Assembly (NCBI GenBank): GCA_965219445.1
Contig: CBDCNQ010000004.1
Span: 960,001 to 1,024,000, forward strand
DNA: 64,000 bases
Reading direction: 5' to 3'
Origin: Longimicrobiales bacterium
GTDB lineage: Bacteria > Gemmatimonadota > Gemmatimonadetes > Longimicrobiales > Gaopeijiaceae
Shown: positions 1 to 10,112 of the stretch, piece by piece
How the letters are laid out: each line of letters opens with the position of its first letter
Numbering within the stretch: position 1 is the stretch's first letter
The notes under the pieces: model-generated
Told to the model about the DNA's origin: nothing
Databases searched by the model: none
The model's input: the letters and a program-made list of their open reading frames with translations, nothing else
Made by a program: the position numbers and the translations under genes

Positions 1-711
1 GAGATCGCCCTGGCCGACGAGCACGCCGCTCAAGCCCGGCACGCTCAGGACATCGCGGATCATGTCCACCATCTCAGGCGTTTCAATCATGATAAGCGCC
101 ATGAGCTCGCCCTGCGGGTTGAGCGGCCACACGTCGGCCATGGTCACGTACACGTCCGGCTCCAGCCCCCAGTACCGGATCGCCGCGCCATCATTCCAGC
201 CACGAGTTCCGTAGGGGTAGCGCAGGTTATCAGGAGTCGCCCGCTGCGGCGGATGACGCATCGTGGCGACGAACTTGGAGATCTCCGGGATCGTCTCGAC
301 CATCGGGAGAATGATCCCCCCGAATCCCCGGTTCAGGAGGCCTGTCACGAGATGGTTGTATTCCTGGAACCCTTCGAAATCGATTCGGACCACCGGGAAG
401 CCCGTGGGCTTCGTGGAGCCTTCGGGCCGGAGCGCGGCGAGCGCCGCTTCAACCAGGGGATAGGCGAACGGGTTGTGCTCAATGCCCGGGAGGTTGTTCC
501 AGTGTTCACCGTTGAAGGAAGGCAGGTCGGCCTCGAACCGCTCAAGGCTTTCGACTTCAGGGACGCAGCGCCTCGGGGCTCTGCTCCATCAGCCAGTCCC
601 AAAGCGCAGCTCCCCCGCCGACGACCCGCCCAAGATCTTCGCTCAGGAGATAGCCCTCCTCGACCAAGAGCCGGGCGGCCTCAACTCCGGTGGCTCGGGC
701 AAACGACCCAT
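1..711 (-). CDS. HpcH/HpaI aldolase family protein (runs off the left edge; 5' part appears frameshifted near 560 and possibly 707)
   Basis: Manual minus-strand translation from 540: ...IEHNPF...PVVRIDFEG...LLNRGFGGIILPMVET...YPYGTRG...DVWPLNPQGELMALIMIETPE...LSVPGLSGVLVGQGDL. This is typical of HpcH-like aldolases. The gene is missing from the ORF track and the start is uncertain. Confidence 0.7.
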
Positions 712-743
712 GGCAGGATCGCGATAATTCCCTTGGACGAGTG

Positions 744-1610
744 CTACGCGAGCGCCCTTTCGAACAGAGCCAGTAGACGGCTCCACGCCCGCTCCGCCTG
801 CGCCTCATGGTAGACGGTTGAATCGGGCGGGCACCATCCGTGCATCGCGCCGGCGTACACCTCAATCTCCGCTCGCAGTCCTGCCTGCGAGAACGCGTCG
901 CGAAGCACGTCCTTGGCTTCTGGCTGGTTGTTGTCGTCGTTCTCGGCGATCGCGAACAGATACTGCGCCTTCATCTGGGGAACGAGGAGATGCGGGCTAT
1001 CGGCCTGATCCGTCACCAGTCCGCCACCGTGGAACGACGCGGCGGCGCCGATGCGATCTGGGACCGCGGCGGCGGTCCGCATCGTGAACGGTCCGCCCAT
1101 GCAGTAGCCCATCGTCCCCATCCCCCGGTTCCGGTCCACCGCTGGCTGGGTATCGAGGAAGCCGACGAACGCCCTCGCGTCCCTCGTCTGAGTGCCCGCA
1201 TTCAGCGACCCCATCAGCGGCCTGAGCTGGTCACGCACTTCGGCGAAATTCGTAGTGTTTACGATCGGTGCCCGCTGCGACCGGTAGTACTGGTTGACCA
1301 CCAAGACCGAGTAGCCGGATTCCGCAAGCCGGCTGGCCATCTGCTTCTTGGCGGACCGCAAGCCAAACGCATCGGGCCAGATCAGGACGCCCGGATGAGC
1401 CCCACTCGAAGGATGCACGAAGTAGCAATCCGCGACACCATCGGGGGTCGTGACGTCGATGTCGGCTTCCGACACGGCCTGGGCGTTCGCGGCCCGCGGC
1501 AAGAGCCACGCCAACCCCGCTCCCGCAGACACGGCTCCAAACTGCCGCCGTGTCATTTTCGTCGTACGCACGTACTCGGTGTTGTCGGTATCGGTTCGGT
1601 CATCGCACAT
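744..1610 (-). CDS. Dienelactone hydrolase family protein with Tat-like signal
   Basis: GYCMGG nucleophile motif, WPDAFGLR, EVYAGAMHGW and an N-terminal TRRQF twin-arginine motif. Confidence 0.9.
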   Translation of the reverse strand: MCDDRTDTDNTEYVRTTKMTRRQFGAVSAGAGLAWLLPRAANAQAVSEADIDVTTPDGVADCYFVHPSSGAHPGVLIWPDAFGLRSAKKQMASRLAESGYSVLVVNQYYRSQRAPIVNTTNFAEVRDQLRPLMGSLNAGTQTRDARAFVGFLDTQPAVDRNRGMGTMGYCMGGPFTMRTAAAVPDRIGAAASFHGGGLVTDQADSPHLLVPQMKAQYLFAIAENDDNNQPEAKDVLRDAFSQAGLRAEIEVYAGAMHGWCPPDSTVYHEAQAERAWSRLLALFERALA

Positions 1611-1662
1611 GAGTGCCTCCTCGCTGACAGGGATCTTCTCGGGGGCGGTGGCTCAGGGATCT

Positions 1663-2706
1663 CTATTCGGGCCGGTTTCCCACCGACTGCCTTTCCTGGT
1701 AACGCGCGCCACTCAAGACGTTCGAGAGCGAGTAGTTACCCTCGTGACAGGCGTACTCGTAAATCATCTGGTCGAACGCGTGCCAGGGGATCTGCCCGCC
1801 CCACACCTCGGTGTAGGTCCTCGGGTCTTGAACCTCGAACTCGTAGAGGATGTTGTCCTCGTCGAGCCGGGTGATGCGCTCGATCACCTTCAGATCCTCG
1901 GAATTCGGGATCTTGTCGCTCGACTCATTGAAGCCCATGTCAGGGTGGATGTTGGTGGTCTCGACCACGAGGGTGTTACCCTCCCAACGGCCCCACGAGT
2001 CGCCGAACCAGGGCCTTACGTGGGCCGGCAGTCGATTCGGCTCACCGAGCCGGATGATCCGCGTGTCGTGGATCATCTCCCCGTGAATCACGACGTAGTC
2101 CGCCGTCTGGATGACACGGATGTTTTGGTTGTATCCCCCGGAGGGTGTCATCGGAGGCCCGAGGGTGGCCGTGGGGCTCGAGGCGTAGTAAACGATGCAC
2201 CGATCCGCCAGCGGCCGTAGCTCCGGATGGTCGTATTCGCCGAACTGGTCTCGGAACCCGTGGTACTCGTCCTTCCGCTCCTGGCCCTCTGCCGTAAGCG
2301 CGGGTATCCGGCCATTCGACGGATAGGTGATGAGTGAGGTCCGGGGCTCGCCGTTGACGATGGCCACGCGCGCGCCTTGCTCGAACCAGACTTGGTTGTA
2401 GCTACCGACCCCGCCAGTCACTTCCGGTGCAGGGCGGTTCGGGTCGCTCGGCTGGGAACCACGGACGACACGGTCCACAAATCCTTGTTCGAGCTGGGCA
2501 ACCTCTTCGGGCGTGTAGACCGGACCCTGGTTCCCTCGACGTTCGAACGGCGTCATCGTCGCGTTTCTCCACGTTCCCTGAAGGTCCGGATGACCATCGG
2601 GCGTCCTGGGCATCACCCACTGCTGAGCCGCGACCGGGGCGAAAAGCCCTGCCGCCGCGGTCACGAGGCAGAGCCACAGAAACGAAGTCGAATGTCGTGT
2701 CCTCAT
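1663..2706 (-). CDS. Secreted conserved hypothetical protein
   Basis: Signal peptide from ATG 2706 with RBS GGAG. Family-like motifs PRTPDGHPDLQGTW, GDSWGRWEGNTLVVET and YEYACHEGNY. Confidence 0.75.
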   Translation of the reverse strand: MRTRHSTSFLWLCLVTAAAGLFAPVAAQQWVMPRTPDGHPDLQGTWRNATMTPFERRGNQGPVYTPEEVAQLEQGFVDRVVRGSQPSDPNRPAPEVTGGVGSYNQVWFEQGARVAIVNGEPRTSLITYPSNGRIPALTAEGQERKDEYHGFRDQFGEYDHPELRPLADRCIVYYASSPTATLGPPMTPSGGYNQNIRVIQTADYVVIHGEMIHDTRIIRLGEPNRLPAHVRPWFGDSWGRWEGNTLVVETTNIHPDMGFNESSDKIPNSEDLKVIERITRLDEDNILYEFEVQDPRTYTEVWGGQIPWHAFDQMIYEYACHEGNYSLSNVLSGARYQERQSVGNRPE

Positions 2707-2971
2707 CTCCCGTCCTCCTGGCCGGTAGGATCCCTCCACAGATCTAACGCACGCGTAAGAGAAAAGCGATCGGAGCAACTGCTTTCGTCTACCGACCGAC
2801 GGCCAGCCGATTTCTATTTCGTAGACCGGTGGGGGACTTGCGGTGAAGCCACATTGTTGTATTAAGAGTTCACATAAGTGCCCATCGCCTGAGGGGTCAA
2901 AGACATCTGGGCACCCAGGGCCCGCAGAGGTGTAAACGGGGCAGTGCACAGACGATAGGAGATCTTGAACG

Positions 2972-3376
2972 ATGCTGAAGGAGACCAACAAGTCTATCGC
3001 TCTCGCCGCCACGCTCGCGTTGGGCCTACTGGCCTCGGCTCCGCTGTACGCCGACGCCGTGATTCAGCACTTCGCGCTGTCCAGCTCGACACCGGCAGCC
3101 GGCGCGACGATCGAGGAGGTCCCCGCGATCCAGCTCACCTTCACCCAGGTGCCCAAGGAAGAGGGCAGGCTGATCCGTTTGGCCAACCCCCAGGGACAGC
3201 AGGTGAAGCTCGGCTCGATCCAGATGGACGCCGCGAGAGTCATGTCGGCTCGTGTCGAGACGCAAAGCCTGCACGACGGCACCTATACGGTCAATTGGCG
3301 AGGCGCCGGGGACGACGGTCACTTCATCACGGGTGAGTACACCTTCACGCTCCAGGCTACGACGGCGAGCCGCTAG
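2972..3376 (+). CDS. copC: Copper resistance protein CopC
   Basis: Signal peptide, HxxLxSSTPAAG, GTYTVNWR and DGH motifs; directly upstream of copD. Confidence 0.85.
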   Translation: MLKETNKSIALAATLALGLLASAPLYADAVIQHFALSSSTPAAGATIEEVPAIQLTFTQVPKEEGRLIRLANPQGQQVKLGSIQMDAARVMSARVETQSLHDGTYTVNWRGAGDDGHFITGEYTFTLQATTASR

Positions 3377-3400
3377 TAAGCAGCGACCCGCTAATAATCT

Positions 3401-4330
3401 GTGTCGCTAATCGGCACGATAGGCCCCACCGCACGGTGGGGCCTTTTTGTAGGCATTACGCTCATGCTGGGGGTGATCGCATTCCGACTGGCGGTATTGC
3501 CCCGTTGGAAGGGGGCCCACCCCTGGCCTCAGACCATTCCCGGAGCTGATGAGACATCGGCCAAGCTCGGGCTCGGAGCGGCCCTGGGGTTGGTCTTGGT
3601 GCTCCCATTCATCCTGCTCGACCAAATTCTGCTGTTCCGAGATCCCCTCTCACCGTTCGGAGCGGAGCTCGACCTCCTCGTCACGGCCACGACGTGGGGA
3701 AGGATGTGGCAGCTCCAACTGCTCTCAGGGATTCTGGCCGTGGTGGCCTTCGCGATCGTACAGGGGCGCCGTGAAGCGAGGATCTGGTGGCGCTTCGCCG
3801 CGGCAGCTGTGCTTTTCTGCGCTACCATTCCCGCGCTGTCCGGTCACTCCGCAGGCACAGAGCGATTCCACGTGCTGGCCGTCGGAGCAGACGCGCTCCA
3901 CGTCATCAGCGCGGGTACGTGGCTCGGAGGACTCGGAGCGCTCGTGATCGTCGTGGGAGTTGCCGTAAGGAGGGGAGCCGTGGCGTCCGAGATGCTTCCG
4001 GGCGCCGTGGCAGCGTTTTCCCCCCTGGCCCTCTTGAGCGCGAGTAGTGTGGTGGGCACCGGACTCATCGCGACGTGGCTTCACGTGGGATCGCTGGGCG
4101 GATTGTTCGGCTCCACGTACGGACGCATCCTGCTGCTCAAGGTGGGGCTGGTGGGAGTGGCCGCGGGCCTGGGCGCCTACAACTGGAAGCGCGTGACTCC
4201 CCGTCTGGGGTCGCCCGAGGGCTCCAAGGCGTTCATGTCGGGTTCCGGGCGGTCCGAGATCGTGATCGGGCTCCTGATTCTTCTCCTCACAGCCATCCTC
4301 GTGGTGACGCCCCATCCCACGGAGGGCTAG
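3401..4330 (+). CDS. copD: Copper resistance membrane protein CopD
   Basis: Multiple TM segments; LSGHS, DALHV..AGTWLGGL, FSPLA and TYGRILLLKV motifs. Confidence 0.85.
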   Translation: MSLIGTIGPTARWGLFVGITLMLGVIAFRLAVLPRWKGAHPWPQTIPGADETSAKLGLGAALGLVLVLPFILLDQILLFRDPLSPFGAELDLLVTATTWGRMWQLQLLSGILAVVAFAIVQGRREARIWWRFAAAAVLFCATIPALSGHSAGTERFHVLAVGADALHVISAGTWLGGLGALVIVVGVAVRRGAVASEMLPGAVAAFSPLALLSASSVVGTGLIATWLHVGSLGGLFGSTYGRILLLKVGLVGVAAGLGAYNWKRVTPRLGSPEGSKAFMSGSGRSEIVIGLLILLLTAILVVTPHPTEG

Positions 4331-4391
4331 GGTGGACGGCCTCCGGCGGAGAAGCCTACTTTGTTCGAGCCTTTCCCCACAGAGGTATCCG

Positions 4392-5291
4392 ATGCGCACC
4401 CTGAAGAAACTCGGCTCACTGATGGCTCTCGTCGCCCTCGTTTCGCTACTCACCCTTGCGGCGGGGCAGCAAGTCCCCACCCTCACGCCCCAGCAGGAGG
4501 CGCGGCTGCGGATTCGTGAAGTGATGGACGGCCTCTACGTCCTTCCCGGGTTCGACGGCGGGCAGTCGGGTGGGAACGTGGCGGTCCGGGTGACCGACGA
4601 CGGTGTCATTATCGTCGACGACAAGTTCCCCTACAGCTTCGATTTCATCACCGCGCAGGTCAGCAGCGTCACCAATCAGCCGATCAAGTACGTGCTCAAC
4701 ACCCATCACCACGACGACCATTCCGGCAGCAATGCCGACTTCATGCCCTCAGCCGAAGTGATCGCGCACAAGAACGCCCGCGCGAACATCGTCCGCAACA
4801 ACCAGCCTGGCGCGCCGCGCGTCATCTTCGCGGACGAAACCGCGGTATTCCTGGGCGGTGCGGAAGTCCAGATGTTTCACTTCGGACGGGGCCATACCAA
4901 CGGGGATGCCATAGTCTATTTCCCTGATCTCCGCACGGTCCACACGGGCGATCTCTTAGTCTATGGCCAGCGTTTGGACGGCAGCACCCTGTCGCCGTTC
5001 TGGGACTTCGGTAACGGCGGCAGCGTGCTCGAGTGGCCGGCCACGCTGACCCGCCTGTTGGCCCTCGACTTCGACACCGTGATTCCGGGTCACGGGCCGA
5101 TCCTGACCAAGGCCGACATCAGGACGTTCCGCGGCAAGCTCGAGACCGTGATCGATCGAGTCCGCGCCGAAATCGCGGCAGGCGCGAGGCGAGATGACGT
5201 CGCCTCTCGGGTCGACACGACCGACCTGGACTGGCCGCTCGCGCCGGTGCGCATCCAGAACGTGTTCGACGAGTTGACCGCAGCCCAGTAG
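4392..5291 (+). CDS. MBL-fold metallo-hydrolase (cyclase-like), secreted
   Basis: THHHDDHSG, GHTNGD, HTGD and IPGHG motifs; signal peptide from ATG 4392. Confidence 0.9.
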   Translation: MRTLKKLGSLMALVALVSLLTLAAGQQVPTLTPQQEARLRIREVMDGLYVLPGFDGGQSGGNVAVRVTDDGVIIVDDKFPYSFDFITAQVSSVTNQPIKYVLNTHHHDDHSGSNADFMPSAEVIAHKNARANIVRNNQPGAPRVIFADETAVFLGGAEVQMFHFGRGHTNGDAIVYFPDLRTVHTGDLLVYGQRLDGSTLSPFWDFGNGGSVLEWPATLTRLLALDFDTVIPGHGPILTKADIRTFRGKLETVIDRVRAEIAAGARRDDVASRVDTTDLDWPLAPVRIQNVFDELTAAQ

Positions 5292-5399
5292 TGCCTGGGG
5301 GCGCGAGTGCGATTACGCTGTCCCTGCGTAATACGAGGTCGTTATCGCAGGGCAATGCTTGAAAAATAGGCGCCGATAATCGTGGGAGAGGATTTCTCG

Positions 5400-6308
5400 A
5401 TGGATCAGCAGATCGAATGGCCGATAAAGACACGAGAGTTCCAGTCAGCCGCTATTGACTCGACCTACTGGAACGATTTCGCGTTCCGCGATGACGACAT
5501 CATCATCGGAACGTACGCCAAGTCGGGCACCACCTGGGTTCAGCAGATCGTCGCCCAGCTCATCTTCAACGGTGAGGAAGGATTGCCGGTAGCCCAGATG
5601 TCACCCTGGCTCGATTTTCGTCTGCCGCCGCTCGAAGAGAAGCTGCCCGGCATCGAGGCCCAGGAACATCGGCGTTTCATAAAAACTCACCTTCCGGTAG
5701 ACGCGCTGGTGTTCTCTCCGAAGGCGAAATACCTCTACATCGCTCGCGATGGCCGTGACGTGGTGTGGAGTTTCTACAACCACCACTACTACATGAACGA
5801 CATTTTTTACGACGGCATAAGGGCCCTACCGTATCTCGGCCGCGTGTGGGAGCGGCCGCGCACCAACGACCTCAGAGAATATTTTCTCGACTGGTTCAAT
5901 AATGAGGGCTTCCCGCTGTGGCCATTCTGGGAAAACCTTCGCACCTGGTGGGCAATCCGCGACCTTCCCAATGTCTATTTGGTTCACTACCAGAATCTCA
6001 AGGACGACATGGAAGGCGAGATGCGCAGGATGGCCGCGTTCCTCGAAATCCCCATCGACGAGAGTCGATGGGAAGAAATGGTCCTCCATTGCACCTTCGA
6101 CTACATGAAGAATCACGCGCCCCTGAGCACCCCGTTAGCCGGGGAGATCTTCGACGGCGGCGCCAAGGTGTTCATCAACAAGGGCACCAACGGCCGTTGG
6201 TGTGACACGTTGACAAAGGAAGACGTCGAGGCTTACGAGGCCCGGGCGACCGATGAGCTCGGGCCCGAGTGCGCGCATTGGCTGGCGACGGGTGAGTTTC
6301 TGAAGTAG
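5400..6308 (+). CDS. PAPS-dependent sulfotransferase (Sulfotransfer_1 family)
   Basis: TYAKSGTTW (5'-PSB), KTHLP, RDGRDVVWS (3'-PB) and FINKG.NGRW motifs. Confidence 0.92.
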   Translation: MDQQIEWPIKTREFQSAAIDSTYWNDFAFRDDDIIIGTYAKSGTTWVQQIVAQLIFNGEEGLPVAQMSPWLDFRLPPLEEKLPGIEAQEHRRFIKTHLPVDALVFSPKAKYLYIARDGRDVVWSFYNHHYYMNDIFYDGIRALPYLGRVWERPRTNDLREYFLDWFNNEGFPLWPFWENLRTWWAIRDLPNVYLVHYQNLKDDMEGEMRRMAAFLEIPIDESRWEEMVLHCTFDYMKNHAPLSTPLAGEIFDGGAKVFINKGTNGRWCDTLTKEDVEAYEARATDELGPECAHWLATGEFLK

Positions 6309-6311
6309 GGG

Positions 6312-8141
6312 TTAATCCCTATGACCAAGCCTTTCGCGGACTGCCCGGAAGCGGGGCTCGTCCAAGACCGGATGAGAATAGGCGTTCGACTTTATGTGCG
6401 TCACGCTGAAATAGCCTACATAGGGCTCGGGGCTATCGGCGGCCGTATTCAGCCAATGAAGCGCTTGCTCATCGTCGCCCAGCGCCAGGTAGCCCGTTAC
6501 CCAGGCAGCGCTCGGAATACGGTGGGTCTTCGCCGTCTCTTCTAGCCGATGGAAAATTCTTTCTGCGTCTTCCCGATGCCCACATCGCGAATAGTTAAAC
6601 GCCAACTCACCCAGAAAGACGGGATTGACATCGTCGCGCAGGAGTTGCTCGGCAATCTGAGTGTGCATTAGCGTCTCGGCATGGTTGCCTTGAGCAAACC
6701 CCTGAATCCCGAGCATGAGATGCGCGAGACCAAATGTCGGGGACAGCTCCACCGCACGGCGCTGCCCATCAATGGCTGCGTCGTGATCGCCACTGTGCAT
6801 GTATATGACAGCCATCCAAGAGTGTCCGAAAGCACTGTTCGGATCGAGTGTTATCGCCCGTTCCCCGAGCTCGATCGCCTCCTCCGTACGGCCGATAAGC
6901 GCACAGAAGACGGCGTAGTCCATAAGCACTTCGGGATCGTTTGGACTGAGCCGCAATGCGTGGCCGTAAGCTTCCCGAGCGTCCGATCCACGCCAGTTGA
7001 ACTGATGGATTCGGGCGAGGGCACCATGCGCGGCTCCCGCGCTGGGGTCGAGCTCCAAGGCTTGCCGCAGATCCCCGAGAGCGAGACCCTCCAGCTCGGC
7101 TCGGCGACTGGCGTAATTCTCGTGGATTCCCGGATCCTGGTTTAGCATGGACAGATAAACACGCGCCCGCTCGACATACGCCATCGCGAAGTCAGGATCG
7201 AACGCTATCGCCTGGTCCAGGTAGGATCGACTACTCGAGCGCAGCTCTGGATGCCCGCCCACTACACCCCCGTGCTCCTGGAGGATCGCCAGCGCCCGCA
7301 AGTAAAGGGCATAAGCCTCAGGTGACTTCGTGGGCGGCTTCTCTATGCTTTCTTTCTCAGCCACGGAGAACTCCGCCTCGAGCGCCTCGGCGATCTTCGC
7401 TGCAACGTCCGCCTGGATCGCGAAGACATCGGCGAGATCCCGCTCGTAGACCTCCGACCACAGGTGATCTTGTGTCGCCGCATCGATCAGCTGCGCCGTC
7501 ACGCGCACACGCTCTCCCGCATATCGTACGCTTCCCTCCATGACCGTGCCGACCCCGAGCTCTGCGGCGATCTCGGCTATCGACTTGTCTGTGTCACGGT
7601 ACTTCTTGACCGAAGTGCGGGCGATGACACTGAGGTCCTTGATCTTCGTCAGGCAATTGAGGATCTCCTCATGAATGCCGGCCGCGAAATACGCGTCGGC
7701 CGGGTTGGGGCTCAGGTTCTCCAAGGGCAGAACTGCTACCGAGTTACGAAGAATTTCCGGCCGCGGTCTTATCGATTCTGCCGGCGGACTTGGTGCCGTT
7801 CGCTCGGGGCTCGGCGCCGGCTGTTCGGGACTCGGTGCCGGCCGCTCGATGCTCGGCGCCGGCTGCTGAGGCGTGCCGAGGGAGACGCCGGTCTCCGAGA
7901 CCGCATCACTGGCCGGTGTACGAACCACCCCTGCGGGCGTGAGATCGAACGCCCAGGCGAGAACCACGGCGATGGGAAACCCCACCGCGAGCAGAACGAT
8001 AATGACCGTATCGAACCAGGCCGGTAAATTCAGCGGATCGTTTACGACATCAATGATCTGAATGAGCAGCCAAGCCACCACTGTATAGACGGCGGCGACC
8101 TGAAAGACTTTGCGTCTCTTGATTTCCCCCAGAAAAGACAA
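6312..8141 (-). CDS. Membrane-anchored TolB-N-like/TPR-repeat protein (adenylate-cyclase-associated type, no catalytic domain)
   Basis: N-terminal KRRKVFQVAAVY 2-TM module, SVAVLPLENLS...VMEGSVR...VRVTAQLIDA domain and TPR repeats. Confidence 0.8.
   Translation of the reverse strand: MSFLGEIKRRKVFQVAAVYTVVAWLLIQIIDVVNDPLNLPAWFDTVIIVLLAVGFPIAVVLAWAFDLTPAGVVRTPASDAVSETGVSLGTPQQPAPSIERPAPSPEQPAPSPERTAPSPPAESIRPRPEILRNSVAVLPLENLSPNPADAYFAAGIHEEILNCLTKIKDLSVIARTSVKKYRDTDKSIAEIAAELGVGTVMEGSVRYAGERVRVTAQLIDAATQDHLWSEVYERDLADVFAIQADVAAKIAEALEAEFSVAEKESIEKPPTKSPEAYALYLRALAILQEHGGVVGGHPELRSSSRSYLDQAIAFDPDFAMAYVERARVYLSMLNQDPGIHENYASRRAELEGLALGDLRQALELDPSAGAAHGALARIHQFNWRGSDAREAYGHALRLSPNDPEVLMDYAVFCALIGRTEEAIELGERAITLDPNSAFGHSWMAVIYMHSGDHDAAIDGQRRAVELSPTFGLAHLMLGIQGFAQGNHAETLMHTQIAEQLLRDDVNPVFLGELAFNYSRCGHREDAERIFHRLEETAKTHRIPSAAWVTGYLALGDDEQALHWLNTAADSPEPYVGYFSVTHIKSNAYSHPVLDEPRFRAVRERLGHRD
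7782..7865 (-). repeat. Four degenerate 21-bp in-frame repeats encoding a Pro-rich linker
   Basis: Encodes QPAPSIE/RPAPSPE/QPAPSPE/RTAPSPP. Confidence 0.8.
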
Positions 8142-8172
8142 ACTCGCTCCAGATTATTGATGCACAGTGGGC

Positions 8173-9975
8173 TCAGTCTCTGCTCGGTAGTGCGAACACG
8201 AACAGGCTGGTGCCCCTGCTCGGACGGAGCTCGGGTGTCAGATTCATCGATCCGGCCCCGGTGTTGACCGCCACGTACTGGCGTCCGTCGACGGCGTAGG
8301 TGATCGGATAGCCGCTGACCGATGAGCCCAGATTGATCTCCCAAAGAACCTCGCCCGTCTCGTCGTCGAAGGCCCGGAACCGTCCGTTGGAATCGCCACC
8401 GAAGACGAGCCCGCCGCCGGTCGCCACGAGTGACATCGTGCCGGCCCGCTGCTCGTGGAGCCACCTCGTCTCGCCGGTCTCCACCGAGATGGCTCGCACG
8501 GTCCCGAGATTGTCGGTGTCGGGAGCGACCTGATGTCGTGCTGCGAGCGAGTAGATCGCGAGGCCGGCCTGTCCGCCGGCCGTCAGGGCCTGTGCCCGGA
8601 CGCTCTCGAAGTCGGCCGTGGCCAACATCTGCGCACAGGTGTTGCGCAGCGGGTAGTACATCGCGCGGGTCAGGGGGCTGTAGGCGCCGGCTTCCCAGTC
8701 CTTGCCGCCCGCCCAGGTGGGGCAGACGAACACTTCCTGCTCCGACTCCCGGAAGACGACCTCCTGATTTACCGTCACCGCGCCGGTGGCGCCGTCGATA
8801 TTGTCGATCACGTTCTGGCGGACCGTGGGTGTCGCCCAGAGAAACTCACCGGTCTCGCGATCGAGCGTGTAGACTAATCCGGTCTTGCCGGGAATACCGG
8901 TAATCACCTTGCGGACCTCTCCCGATTGGAGCCGCGGATTGATCCAGCTCACCGCATCCGGGTCTGGCGCGACCGGAGTGTCGACGAGGAGCCGCTCGAA
9001 AGGATGGTCGAGATCCCAGTGGTCGTTCAGGTGCTGGTAGTACCACCGGATCTCGCCGGTCTCGACCTCGAGTGCGAGCGTGGAGTTGTGGTACAGGTGT
9101 GTGTTTTCCGTGCCGCCCAGGTAGAACTTCGGCGCGGGTGAGGTTACCGACGTGCCCATGTAGATCAGCTCCAGCTCGGGATCGTAGCTCGGCACCATCC
9201 AGGCGCCGACGTGTTGCCGCCCCTCGAACGGGACGTCGCCCCATGTCTCGTCCCCCGGCTCTCCCGGGGCCGGAATGAGACGTCGCCGCCACAGCTCCGC
9301 ACCCGTGCGTGCATCGTGGGCTGCGATGATGCAGGCGTTCGGTCCACCCCACGGCCGGCAGCTGCGCCCCGAGATGACCCTGCCGTCCGCGATGATCGGG
9401 CCCGAGCTGTGCGTGGCCGAGTTGACCTGATAGTCGAAGATCTGCGTTTCCCAAACGGTCTCGCCGGTCAGAGCGTCGAGCGCGAACACGTGGTTGTCGT
9501 CGCTGGTGTTGATGATCAGTCGGTCGTAGATGGCAACGTTACGGTTGTTGCGGGCATTGCCCCCGACCAAGCCGTAGAGGTCCTCCGGCAAGTCGCGGCT
9601 ATACTCCCATATGAGGTCGCCGGTCACAGCGTCAAGCGCCTGAATGACGTCCTCCGCCTGCGGCATGTACAGGACGCCGCCGTATGCCAACGGGGTCACT
9701 TCACCGGTGCGAGCCGCCAGGTCTCGGGTCCAGACCATCTGGAGCTCGCCCACGTTGTCCCGGTTGACCTGATCGAGTGGGCTGTAGCCCCAACTGTCGA
9801 GCGTCCGGCGCCACATGAGCCAGTCCTCTGGTGCCGGGTCTTGGAGCATCGCGTCCGTGACCGGGATGAAGTCGACGGATGACTGCGCCTCGGCGGACGG
9901 GGACAAAGCAAGGGTCACCCAAACCAGTGCCAGCCCACCCACCGCGAGACGTCGCGGCCACGAACGTGTGCCCAT
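8173..9975 (-). CDS. PQQ-dependent dehydrogenase (beta-propeller), secreted
   Basis: WLMWRRTLDSWGYSPLDQVN, Trp-docking repeats, WDLD and YAVDGRQYVAV motifs; start at ATG 9975 with RBS GGAGG. Confidence 0.88.
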   Translation of the reverse strand: MGTRSWPRRLAVGGLALVWVTLALSPSAEAQSSVDFIPVTDAMLQDPAPEDWLMWRRTLDSWGYSPLDQVNRDNVGELQMVWTRDLAARTGEVTPLAYGGVLYMPQAEDVIQALDAVTGDLIWEYSRDLPEDLYGLVGGNARNNRNVAIYDRLIINTSDDNHVFALDALTGETVWETQIFDYQVNSATHSSGPIIADGRVISGRSCRPWGGPNACIIAAHDARTGAELWRRRLIPAPGEPGDETWGDVPFEGRQHVGAWMVPSYDPELELIYMGTSVTSPAPKFYLGGTENTHLYHNSTLALEVETGEIRWYYQHLNDHWDLDHPFERLLVDTPVAPDPDAVSWINPRLQSGEVRKVITGIPGKTGLVYTLDRETGEFLWATPTVRQNVIDNIDGATGAVTVNQEVVFRESEQEVFVCPTWAGGKDWEAGAYSPLTRAMYYPLRNTCAQMLATADFESVRAQALTAGGQAGLAIYSLAARHQVAPDTDNLGTVRAISVETGETRWLHEQRAGTMSLVATGGGLVFGGDSNGRFRAFDDETGEVLWEINLGSSVSGYPITYAVDGRQYVAVNTGAGSMNLTPELRPSRGTSLFVFALPSRD

Positions 9976-10112
9976 GCGAGCCTCCCTGATGTGTCGGCAA
10001 TCATACCATGTCCCGAGTCGCATCGCGACAGGACGAACAGACAGGTGTGCGGGTTTCAACCCTCAATCCGCTCGGTGACGGCCGGATCGGAAAAACGTTT
10101 CGTCCCCTGCAA

